From: a virus
Taxonomy: Duplodnaviria; Caudoviricetes
Length of the DNA: 64,000 nucleotides
IMG/VR virus record: IMGVR_UViG_3300021958_000023
Coordinates: 64,001 to 128,000 of that record
Reading direction: 5' to 3' (one strand)
Shown here: positions 55,374-64,000 of the stretch, piece after piece
Layout: each line of letters starts with the position of its first letter
Numbering within the stretch: position 1 is the stretch's first letter
Notes under the pieces: model-generated
What the model saw: only the letters and a program-made list of their open reading frames with translations
What the model was told of the DNA's origin: nothing
Databases searched by the model: none
Translations under genes and position numbers: made by a program

Positions 55374-57925
55374 TAAGTTAAGCCCTCTATTTCAGAAAAT
55401 CCATCTGGTCTAGCTATTTGATATTCTGTAGCTACATGAATTGGATAATCGGTTAAGTTAGTAGCGTCTGACACTAATAAATCATATCTTACAGTGCCAT
55501 CTTCATTTTTTCTCACAACTAACTCTGTATTTAAATTTGGTGCTACAGGAGGTTTAAGAGGACTAAATGTAGGCTTATACTGTACAGGAAGATAGGCTAT
55601 TTCCGTTTCAGAATCCGTATATACATTTGATATATATTCCATCGCACTGATTTTAATTACTTCTTCGCCATCTCTTTTAATTTCAGTAATCTTAAATAAT
55701 TTATCTGAAGTATTAGAGTAGAAATCAGAAGGATTAGTCTCTCCTAGTGTCCAAACATCTCCTTTTACAGGAGCAGTATTAGCATCAAAACCAGAAAAAG
55801 ATTGAAACGTTTTAGTAGATAAATCAAACTTACTAGTTGCTACAAAATCTATAAAGTCTAATCCAGAACTTACATTTTGATTTGCTACTTCAGTTGTTTG
55901 ATAATTTTGACCGTTTGCATAAGTTCCTTTATGTATATTTTTAACATAAGTAGTTGTACCAGATTGAAAGTTTGTATTAGATAAGATATATAAATCAGTA
56001 CGATCCGAGTTTTGTTTTGTAATTCTAAGTGCCAAAGGCAGTGTATTAGCTGTAATAGTGTTATTTGTAATAGCAGGGCTTGAAAAGTGTTCAATATATA
56101 CATTTGATGTTGATAATGAAGTATTAGCTCTTACCTTACCACCATAACCCCAAGAAGTTCCTGTTTGTTTTTGTTGAACAGCAATAATATCTCCTGGAAT
56201 TAAATCTATAGCAGAAATATCTGTACCAAAAGTAATATTTCTTCTTAAATACTTATTAGATGCTAGTAAGTATTGTGCAAAACGAATAGCTTGACTTCTG
56301 CGAGTAACTCCAAACAAATCTACAGAAGAAACATTTTCAATCATATTTCTTTCACGAAGAGCTTTATCATCATCAATTCTCATTGTTTCTCTATTATAAT
56401 GATTATTAGGCTCTATAAAGGTTACATCAACTCCTGTTATTTGTGCAGATTCGCTTGTGCCGCTAATAGTAAATGACTCTTTTAGAATATTAGCCTCATT
56501 AAATATCATTGAAGGTACTTCATTAGGCATATCAATATTCATAGATAAACCATTTGGAGTATATATTAAAATGGCTCTCATTGTTGCACAAACTTGTTCT
56601 AATATATCAAAAGCTTTTCCACTATTAGAAATAATAGCATCTAAAATAAATCTTCTTTCTTTTACATCAGTTCCTACAGGCAGTCCTTCTAGTGTTTGTC
56701 TTGGGCTAGCATAGTAGGTTCTTGGTTTATATCTATAGCTGCCATCTGCTTTACCAGTAACTCCAACAAATTTTCCTGTTATAGGATCACAAGCGTCACA
56801 GTATTGTGCTACTTCGTAAAATTTATACTTATCTATGTTTTCTTCATTAATACCTAATCCATAAGTATCATTAGTTAATAAATCATAGATAATCCAAACA
56901 GGATTCTGTGTCCATGAGTATCTAAAAGTACCGTCCCATACTCCTCTGTATATTGTAGGTTGGGAATATTTTACTGTACTATCTGTACTAGTTTGTCTAT
57001 AACCTGTTATCCCATAACTATATTGCCCTGAAGCAGGAGTTTCAATCTCTCTCCAATCGATTTCTCCATTTTGTAAAATAGGTTGATCATAGTTTGAAGG
57101 AACCTTAACCAACAACCCCTTAACTATAGAAGTAAAACGAGGCACCGCTCCTTGATATTCATTATGGGCTGCAAGTGAATATCCGATTACAGCTGTTCTT
57201 GGATAGGCTACAGGATCGTGATCAATCTCTAACCAAGCTACAGCTGAAATACCGTCTACTATACGAGAGCTTTCACTATCATTGCTGGTTTTTTCAATAG
57301 TAAACTTATACCCTCCAGTATCATAGTTTTGAATCGTAACTTCTACATCAAACTTATATGGAGTGTTTGTTTTTCCTCTAATAGTTCTATCTACTGGATC
57401 CGCCGCAAGAGTTACTCCATCGCTTTTAAATACTGTTATACGAATACTAACAGAATGATTTTTAACATTACCTTTTTCATCCATATTAGATAAAGCATTT
57501 AATACAAATTTAAAACGAAGTGAATCCCATGCAAAAGCTGAAGTTTCTTGTAATTCTACTTTAGTTGCAGGCACTCCATCAAGATTACCTTTTTTTAATA
57601 ATACAGCAGAGGCAAAGTTCTGTGGTTGAGTAGTTTCTTCTCCAAATAGTGGAATTGCTGTTTGATTTACAGTACCTACACGAGAATCTGTGACAAAATC
57701 CTCTGTTTTCTGATTACCTGAATCAAAATCAATGAAGGCATCAACTACTGATTCGTTTATTTCAATATCAAAAATACTGTTAGGGTTAATTCTATATATA
57801 GGCCCTTCACTTAATCCTGCTGTCATAAGCATGATATCTTGAGAGAATAGATTATTATCTACCTCAGTGGCTCCGCCTCCACCACCCTTTCCTCCTTTAT
57901 AACCGCTTACTTCATAAATCTTCAT
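55373..57925 (-). CDS. Tail tip / central fibre protein, lambda gpJ-like
   Basis: GxKGGKGGGG, LSEGPI, YPRTA, WDGTF..WTQNPVWIIYDLLTN..YGLG, AQYCD. Confidence 0.92.
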   Translation of the reverse strand: MKIYEVSGYKGGKGGGGGATEVDNNLFSQDIMLMTAGLSEGPIYRINPNSIFDIEINESVVDAFIDFDSGNQKTEDFVTDSRVGTVNQTAIPLFGEETTQPQNFASAVLLKKGNLDGVPATKVELQETSAFAWDSLRFKFVLNALSNMDEKGNVKNHSVSIRITVFKSDGVTLAADPVDRTIRGKTNTPYKFDVEVTIQNYDTGGYKFTIEKTSNDSESSRIVDGISAVAWLEIDHDPVAYPRTAVIGYSLAAHNEYQGAVPRFTSIVKGLLVKVPSNYDQPILQNGEIDWREIETPASGQYSYGITGYRQTSTDSTVKYSQPTIYRGVWDGTFRYSWTQNPVWIIYDLLTNDTYGLGINEENIDKYKFYEVAQYCDACDPITGKFVGVTGKADGSYRYKPRTYYASPRQTLEGLPVGTDVKERRFILDAIISNSGKAFDILEQVCATMRAILIYTPNGLSMNIDMPNEVPSMIFNEANILKESFTISGTSESAQITGVDVTFIEPNNHYNRETMRIDDDKALRERNMIENVSSVDLFGVTRRSQAIRFAQYLLASNKYLRRNITFGTDISAIDLIPGDIIAVQQKQTGTSWGYGGKVRANTSLSTSNVYIEHFSSPAITNNTITANTLPLALRITKQNSDRTDLYILSNTNFQSGTTTYVKNIHKGTYANGQNYQTTEVANQNVSSGLDFIDFVATSKFDLSTKTFQSFSGFDANTAPVKGDVWTLGETNPSDFYSNTSDKLFKITEIKRDGEEVIKISAMEYISNVYTDSETEIAYLPVQYKPTFSPLKPPVAPNLNTELVVRKNEDGTVRYDLLVSDATNLTDYPIHVATEYQIARPDGFSEIEGLT

Positions 57926-58602
57926 AGCACCTTACCTTCAAATAGTTCTTTTAATATATCTGCTGAAGATTTATCAGGAGACTTTTCAAGTGTTCTAATT
58001 TCTCCACTTAAAAATTGACCTGCTACTCTGTGTCTGCCATAAACTAATGGAATAGTAGTACCAGAGGCAGTGGTGTGTTGTAAAGATCCAAATTGATCAT
58101 TTTCTCTTACAGGGCCATCAGGAGTATTGTCTGGTTTAGGTGGTTTCATAATTTCAGCAACTACTGCTCCAATTAACATACTAACACCTGCTCCAAATAC
58201 CATACCACCTACTGTTGTAGCACCTACTGCCATTTCTAATAATGGTGCTGCAAATGCTGGATTCATTATAGCAACTGTAATTAAAGCTATACCAATTAAA
58301 GCGGTAGTTAAGTTTTGATTTTTTGATCCTGCTACAAGAGGAACCAAAAACAATCTATTAGATGAGACTTTCTTTCTAAAGTAATCTAAAGAAGTTAAAA
58401 CTTTTTCAGAAACTAAATCTATTAGACCAAAATTATCAGTATTCTTAGAGTTTTTAATTTGTTTTATTACTTTTCTTAACTTAGGAAAAGATGCTTCAAG
58501 TGCAGAAATAAGTTGAGAATAAGTAACTACATCAAATGTTACTTCTCGCGTATCATTTGTATAAGATAATAAGCTTTTATGAAATGATATAGTTACTTTC
58601 AT
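57922..58602 (-). CDS. Tail assembly protein, lambda gpI-like
   Basis: LVPLVAGS, hydrophobic hairpin, GTTIPLVYGRHRVAG. Confidence 0.85.
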   Translation of the reverse strand: MKVTISFHKSLLSYTNDTREVTFDVVTYSQLISALEASFPKLRKVIKQIKNSKNTDNFGLIDLVSEKVLTSLDYFRKKVSSNRLFLVPLVAGSKNQNLTTALIGIALITVAIMNPAFAAPLLEMAVGATTVGGMVFGAGVSMLIGAVVAEIMKPPKPDNTPDGPVRENDQFGSLQHTTASGTTIPLVYGRHRVAGQFLSGEIRTLEKSPDKSSADILKELFEGKVL

Positions 58603-58964
58603 CTTAACATCTCTTCTTCTAAAGGTTTAAATCTTGTGCTTTGTAGATCTTTATCGAACCAATATAGATATATATCATCTTCCCAACCAACTAAATAGTT
58701 ATACTCCTCATTAGCTATCTTATGTCCGTCTAAAACAGAAGGAGTAGGTTCATCATCTGGATGAGAGTGAAATACCCCCCAACAATCATCTTCGTAACGA
58801 ACTAATGCCATTGGGTCTAAAACAAAACTATTTATAGGATCACGACTCAAGTTCTTACAAGGAATATAGTCAAAGCTCTTTGTTATAATACCACAACACT
58901 CATTTGGATATTCTTTTGCAGCATGTTTTTTAAACTGTTCTTTTAAAAGTTGAAGTTTTTCCAT
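58599..58964 (-). CDS. JAB/MPN domain tail assembly protein (gpK N-terminal domain)
   Basis: YPNECCG, HSHPD...PS..D. Confidence 0.9.
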   Translation of the reverse strand: MEKLQLLKEQFKKHAAKEYPNECCGIITKSFDYIPCKNLSRDPINSFVLDPMALVRYEDDCWGVFHSHPDDEPTPSVLDGHKIANEEYNYLVGWEDDIYLYWFDKDLQSTRFKPLEEEMLR

Positions 58965-59377
58965 CTAAACTTACCTGTCGTATATCTTTGATACCATTTA
59001 CCGTATGGTGCTATCCAAGAATTATGATTAATCATTGTTTGAAGCATCTTGCCGTTACCTATATAAAGCGAACAATGATTTGATATATTTGTACTTCCTA
59101 TACTCATTATTATTATATCAAATGGTTGTAAATTGTCAACCTCAATCATACCATACTTTTCATTTTTAAAAAACTCATCAAAAATATGTTGATGAGTTTT
59201 CTTGTACCAATCTTCGTCTACAATATCACAAAAGTCAGAAGTTTTATAGCCAACATCTTCTCCTGTTTGCTCTTTAATTACGGTAGCACATAAATTACCA
59301 CAATCTATCCCTTTTTCTATACTAGCACCTAAATGTCTATATGGAATATCTAAATATCTTGTAATCCATGTAGGCAT
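58943..59377 (-). CDS. NlpC/P60 tail-associated protein (gpK C-terminal domain)
   Basis: IPY..G...GIDCGNL...NHCSLYIGNGKML. Confidence 0.88.
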   Translation of the reverse strand: MPTWITRYLDIPYRHLGASIEKGIDCGNLCATVIKEQTGEDVGYKTSDFCDIVDEDWYKKTHQHIFDEFFKNEKYGMIEVDNLQPFDIIIMSIGSTNISNHCSLYIGNGKMLQTMINHNSWIAPYGKWYQRYTTGKFRWKNFNF

Positions 59378-59399
59378 TGTTTGTAAAGCATTTTCATAC

Positions 59400-60917
59400 T
59401 TACTTCGGTAATGTTCTCCCTGTTCCAATAAACCCCCCAAAATGTATCTGATTATTTCTTAAACTACAAGCCTCATAGTTTTTAGCGCAAACATCTTCTG
59501 ATTGTTCGCTAGTAGTTGCGTTATTAATAGTAAAAAATCCATTAGCAGTTTTTGTTTTTCCAGTTGGATAACCTGCTATTTGTCCTGTCCCATCGGCAGG
59601 ATACTGACATTCTTCTCCTTTATAGATCCATTGACAAGTATTTTTATAGTATTTTCTTCTTGGTAAAACAAATTTAAAATACTCTAACCAATTAGTTAAA
59701 CTAAAAGATGCAGCTTTTTCATTCAAACCAGTTAATGTTTCTATTTTGAATACGTCTTCTACATATGCTTGACTATCTCTATCTGGATTAACAATATAAA
59801 CTCTATCACCAATAACAGTATCTATTGCATTTTCAAGTTGTAAAAAGTTACCTCTTACTTCTTTAACAATAGAATGTTTTGTAGTACTACCCGCAACTAT
59901 AACATTATCACCTACTCTATAAGGTAAAGAAGAATACATCTCTACTACATTAGCACGTGTTTCTCTTACAGTACTATACTCAGGCCAATAGTCTAAACAA
60001 GAAGCAAAAGTAGTTTTTACCTCAACAACAGCCCCTAATAAGTCTCTAGAGTCTTGCTTTAGTTGTTTCCAAGTTCCTCCAACTGCTTGTGTTTGTCCAT
60101 AAGTAAACGCTGAATTGATAGTACCGCCGTACACTCCATCCACAACAGTTTGATTATAGTCTGTATGAGTTGGAACAGTTCTAGGATCAATATTAGAAAC
60201 TAGTTGTCCATTTACTGTAGCATATACAGAATTACTTGTATTGTTACCAGCAATATAAGGATCTTCTACAATTGATGCTATGAGATTGTCAAAATTTGAA
60301 ATATTTACTGTAGTTTGATTTACCATTCCATCAGAGCCTATTTCTGTACCGCCAAACTCTATTGGATAAACTAAATATTCTTTTCCATCATGAAAAGAAC
60401 GATATTCAATGTCTGATAAGAAATCACCGTTTATAGATGCAAAATGATAAGGAAATCCTACAGGCCAAGCTAATCCTTCTCCGGCATTTGAAGGATTACC
60501 ATATTTATTAGGGGGATAGAATTCTCCAGAATAATAGATAGATATTAGTCTAACTATAGGTGACTGTTCTACAGCATTTTTAAAAGAGGTAAAACCACCA
60601 AGAGTAACATCTGTTATACTTCTAGTAGAGGTTCCGCTTGTTGTACTGTATTTAGTTGGAGTAAAAGTTAAATTACCAAAGTCAAGAGTTGTATTACCTC
60701 CAGTGGTAGATACCGACTGAATACTAACACTTTCTCCTGCTTCAAAAGCATAATAAGAATTAGCTAGTTTTACTTTTACTTGACTATTTGCTCTATCTAC
60801 ATTTACAATACGGGCTTCAGTAGAAGAAGAACTTCCAACTATTACATTATCTTTAAAATAACTGTTTAGATTACCGCCTGATAAAGTTAAGGTGTAATCA
60901 TAAGCACGACTAGACAT
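59400..60917 (-). CDS. Tail tip protein, lambda gpL-like with insertions
   Basis: YPIEFGG, ISNFD, C-terminal CQWIYKGEECQY...DVCAK...C...FGGF (4-Cys cluster). Confidence 0.85.
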   Translation of the reverse strand: MSSRAYDYTLTLSGGNLNSYFKDNVIVGSSSSTEARIVNVDRANSQVKVKLANSYYAFEAGESVSIQSVSTTGGNTTLDFGNLTFTPTKYSTTSGTSTRSITDVTLGGFTSFKNAVEQSPIVRLISIYYSGEFYPPNKYGNPSNAGEGLAWPVGFPYHFASINGDFLSDIEYRSFHDGKEYLVYPIEFGGTEIGSDGMVNQTTVNISNFDNLIASIVEDPYIAGNNTSNSVYATVNGQLVSNIDPRTVPTHTDYNQTVVDGVYGGTINSAFTYGQTQAVGGTWKQLKQDSRDLLGAVVEVKTTFASCLDYWPEYSTVRETRANVVEMYSSLPYRVGDNVIVAGSTTKHSIVKEVRGNFLQLENAIDTVIGDRVYIVNPDRDSQAYVEDVFKIETLTGLNEKAASFSLTNWLEYFKFVLPRRKYYKNTCQWIYKGEECQYPADGTGQIAGYPTGKTKTANGFFTINNATTSEQSEDVCAKNYEACSLRNNQIHFGGFIGTGRTLPK

Positions 60918-61927
60918 TAATCAAATACCTCTACTAAATCAAAACCAACAGAATAAAAATTATCAATAGGATTTGTACCAGCAGAGAGAACTTGTCTAAT
61001 ATCTAAATTGCTATCAAAACGAACTGTAATAGTTCCTGGCTCATTAATATGTGTTAGTTCAAATAAAAATGCTTCAAAACCACCTGATCTAGCACGATAG
61101 AATTCTTCAATAGCGGATTTAACAATTCCTGTGACATTAGTATACTCTATAGAAAACTTTCTCTTTGGTCTTCTACTTATAAGTCTTCTTTTTTCGTATC
61201 CTGCCTGAAATTCAGCTGTTTTATAGTTATATTCTTCTGAGAATTGAATTCCTGAGCGATCAGGTTTTTTATCTGCCATTGAATCTAAACGAGAAATTAC
61301 CTTCTCTTTATTGAAAGTTGTAAGAGACAGAGTATTAACACCGCCGGTAGGATCAGCTGTTGTATTAGATAAAGGAATTGTAGCAGCTGTGTCTGAGCCA
61401 ATATTTATTCCTTGTGATCCTAGTGTTGAGGATGGGTACGTAAATTCTGAAGCATTTTGAGTAACACCGTCTATTGATACAAGAATATCATCTTTTACAT
61501 CTATTTTACTGTTTTCTGGAAGAGCAAAATGAAGTTGATTGCCATCAATTGCAAAACTATTACTAGATACTGTAACATTTGCTCCAGAGTATGTAATAGT
61601 TTTAACATCGGGGAAAGCACGAAGTATCTCAAATGAGGGAGGAATTCTAATAACACGTAATTCTACATTAAGACCTAAACCAGGAGCGTCATCGAATACG
61701 ATTGTATTTTTTAAACTTGTATTTAAAGTATTAGTATTACTTAAAGAGTAAGCACTAGTAGACTGAGGCACACCCTCAACAACAGCAACAACTTCGCCAA
61801 CTTTTTCAGCAGGTTCTGATAAATTAAATGCTGTTTGAGTACTTGTACCTGTATAGTTTATTCTAGATAAAGCAGGGATTAATAGAGGATTAAATGTTGC
61901 ATCGTTTGGATATCTTGCTGTTGCCAT
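60917..61927 (-). CDS. Distal tail (gpM/Dit-like) protein with N-terminal beta-sandwich repeats
   Basis: C-terminal GYEKRR...FYRARSGGFEAFLF..VRF; two V.(E/D)GV.Q repeats; follows the tape measure. Confidence 0.7.
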   Translation of the reverse strand: MATARYPNDATFNPLLIPALSRINYTGTSTQTAFNLSEPAEKVGEVVAVVEGVPQSTSAYSLSNTNTLNTSLKNTIVFDDAPGLGLNVELRVIRIPPSFEILRAFPDVKTITYSGANVTVSSNSFAIDGNQLHFALPENSKIDVKDDILVSIDGVTQNASEFTYPSSTLGSQGINIGSDTAATIPLSNTTADPTGGVNTLSLTTFNKEKVISRLDSMADKKPDRSGIQFSEEYNYKTAEFQAGYEKRRLISRRPKRKFSIEYTNVTGIVKSAIEEFYRARSGGFEAFLFELTHINEPGTITVRFDSNLDIRQVLSAGTNPIDNFYSVGFDLVEVFD

Positions 61928-64000
61928 TATCTACCTCTCATCGCTTTTCTTACTTTACCGTTGTTTTCAATATCTTTTACTACAAGATCAATAATAAGTT
62001 GTCCCATATCATTTCTGACTGTTGAAGATTCAACCTGTTGTGCAGTGCCATTATTTTGTACATTGACTGTAACTGGAGGAGTTTGTCCGTTCATTTTACC
62101 TGTTGCATTTAACTGATTAAGGGCAGAACCTCCAATAGCTTTTGCAGCTGGCTTACGAATCACAAACTCGCCTGGTTCTAACAAAGCAGGAACTCTGTCG
62201 CGAAGAGTATTTACAGGTCCTCCTTTTGCAAAACGCATAATACCACCATAAGGATCTACTTTACCACCACCAGCAAAACCAAATGATGCTGCAGCCTTTT
62301 GTGCCATAATACGAATAAACATTTCAAGAAATGCTGCAATAATAGCCTTTTTAAAGTCGCCTGTAGCAGCGAGCACACCTGCAAAAGCAGCAATGGTAGT
62401 GCCTTTTACATTTTCCATAATTCCTGAAACTCCTGAATTAATTTCTGCTCCAATCTCTTTAACACCTCTCTGCCCATCACCAGCAGCACCTGATTGAAGA
62501 GCTTGTGTTTTAGTAGCTGAACCATCTTCTGATTTAGATTTTATCAAAGCTGTAGTAAACTTGTCTTTTGCTTTATCAACATAAGAAATGACTAAATCTT
62601 TGATTGGTTCATTGATTAGATTGTCAATAAAGGCTTGTTGAATATCTAAAAGAAGATTAACAAATAAAGTTTTCACTCCTTCTCTGAATGTTTTTGTGGT
62701 AAGAGTACCTTCATTAATAGCTTTAAAGAAATCATTTACTGAACCAGTTAAAGTACCAGAAATACTAGACTTCAAATCATTAGCAATGTTAGTAATTAAA
62801 TCAAACTCTTCTTTTAACTGACGAACTTTTTCTTCGTGATTTAATAATTCAAGAGCTGCCTCTTTATCAAGGTTCTTGATAATATTATCAAACAGTTGTT
62901 TTTCTATATCTTGTTCAATTGCTATATTAGCTAATTTTTTTACAATAAGATCATTAGCATTTTTAATATCATTTATTGCAGCTTGATTTTTTTCTGATCT
63001 TAGTTGGTTTTGTAAGTCTCTTTCTTTTTCAATTAATGCAGTTACCTCATCATATAAAGATATTTTTTTATTTAACTCATCTCTAGTAATTTCGCTTTGA
63101 GCTTTTGAGTTTTTAACTTGAAGTTTATAAGTATCCATAATACCGTCTTTAGCATCTTTAATATACTCATCTAAACTTTGTCCTCCAATATCAAGACTGA
63201 TTTTACCTATGTCTGGAAGTTCAACTTCTTTTATTATACCGATAGCTTTTAAAAGTCCATTAATTATATCTGACTCAGCTTCAATTAATTTTTTTCTACC
63301 TTCTAAGTAGCTTTTTGCTAATTCTATTTCTCCTTTTAGTAAAGAATAGTTTGCCTCAACTAATTTTAGTTCTGCTAATCTGTTATCTTTATCTGCTTCG
63401 ATTTTAGCAAGGTTGATTTTTTCTTGAGTATTTAATACACTTATTTGCAATTCAAGAGCCCTTCTTTCGTTTGCTCTTTTCTTATCTTCTAGTTCTTGTA
63501 AAGGAAGAATTATTTTATTATATTCAAAATTATTTTCTTTTCTCAATGCTGCAATTTTTTCATCATTAATGTCTTTTTCTGCTTGTAACATTTCCATTCG
63601 ATTACTGAGTTCAACTTTTTTCACATCATACTCAAACTGAGCAATAGCACGTCTTCTTTCAATATCATTAAGATTATTTTGATTTTCTACCTCTAATAGT
63701 TTCATTCTAGCATTAAACTGATTTTGAGAAGTAGAAGTAGCAGCCTTTTCAACTTCTATTCTAGCATTTAAAAGCGCTTTTTGATCATCTAATTCGCTAG
63801 TAATTTGTGTACCCTCTAGCTGTGCTCTTGCTAGCTTACTTTGCAAAGACTCTCTTTCTTGGTCAAGTTGTAGTAAATTTTTATACTGTTCTAACTCTTT
63901 TACTCCTGCTTGATTTCTTGCTTTTTGTAGCTCTAAAGAAATTTTTTCTCTATTAATACGCTGAATTCTTACATCTAATAATTCTTTTTCAAGTTTATTT
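61927..64000 (-). CDS. Tail tape measure protein, 3' part (5' end beyond the window)
   Basis: Long coiled coil, FAGGG/FAKGG..DRVPALLEPGEFVI C-terminus; frame open to the window end. Confidence 0.9.
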   Translation of the reverse strand, partial: NKLEKELLDVRIQRINREKISLELQKARNQAGVKELEQYKNLLQLDQERESLQSKLARAQLEGTQITSELDDQKALLNARIEVEKAATSTSQNQFNARMKLLEVENQNNLNDIERRRAIAQFEYDVKKVELSNRMEMLQAEKDINDEKIAALRKENNFEYNKIILPLQELEDKKRANERRALELQISVLNTQEKINLAKIEADKDNRLAELKLVEANYSLLKGEIELAKSYLEGRKKLIEAESDIINGLLKAIGIIKEVELPDIGKISLDIGGQSLDEYIKDAKDGIMDTYKLQVKNSKAQSEITRDELNKKISLYDEVTALIEKERDLQNQLRSEKNQAAINDIKNANDLIVKKLANIAIEQDIEKQLFDNIIKNLDKEAALELLNHEEKVRQLKEEFDLITNIANDLKSSISGTLTGSVNDFFKAINEGTLTTKTFREGVKTLFVNLLLDIQQAFIDNLINEPIKDLVISYVDKAKDKFTTALIKSKSEDGSATKTQALQSGAAGDGQRGVKEIGAEINSGVSGIMENVKGTTIAAFAGVLAATGDFKKAIIAAFLEMFIRIMAQKAAASFGFAGGGKVDPYGGIMRFAKGGPVNTLRDRVPALLEPGEFVIRKPAAKAIGGSALNQLNATGKMNGQTPPVTVNVQNNGTAQQVESSTVRNDMGQLIIDLVVKDIENNGKVRKAMRGR

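Noticed and set aside
1-64000. Stop-codon reassignment or prophage state
   Set aside because: The standard code gives dense, intact genes, and no integrase, repressor or flanking host DNA is seen.

Overview
This window is a 64-kb slice of a large, AT-rich, lytic tailed phage genome with a T5-like (Demerecviridae-type) replication module and a lambda-like siphovirus tail tip. The host is probably a marine alphaproteobacterium, judged from a permuted two-piece tmRNA with an ANDN...AA tag and an alpha-type bS21. Plus strand, 0.3-40 kb: a translation module (bS21, tmRNA); a small outer-membrane protein; a 12-kb glycosylation island (Gmd, a ColD-like 3-dehydratase, an epimerase, about eight glycosyltransferases, a methyltransferase); then the T5-like core (D3, NAD ligase, D5, D2, D6 helicase, primase, PolA, D10-D15, nrdAB, glutaredoxin, dUTPase) with UvsE, a PiT-like transporter and 2OG-Fe(II) oxygenases interspersed. 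Minus strand, 40-64 kb: tape measure and tail tip genes, a tail fibre, a series of tiny Lys/Arg-rich proteins, two repeat beta-propeller proteins and a compact operon of secreted or membrane proteins. The strongest candidates for undescribed biology are three. (1) The secreted operon (44.1-47.9 kb) looks like a minimal phage-encoded pilin + chaperone + beta-hairpin pore + inner-membrane coiled-coil apparatus. (2) A recurrent promoter design places an anti-Shine-Dalgarno arm inside the sigma70 spacer, so the RBS is hidden on read-through transcripts. (3) A four-hairpin leader with GGA loops sits at 49.8 kb. All family assignments come from motif recognition by eye; no database search was run.
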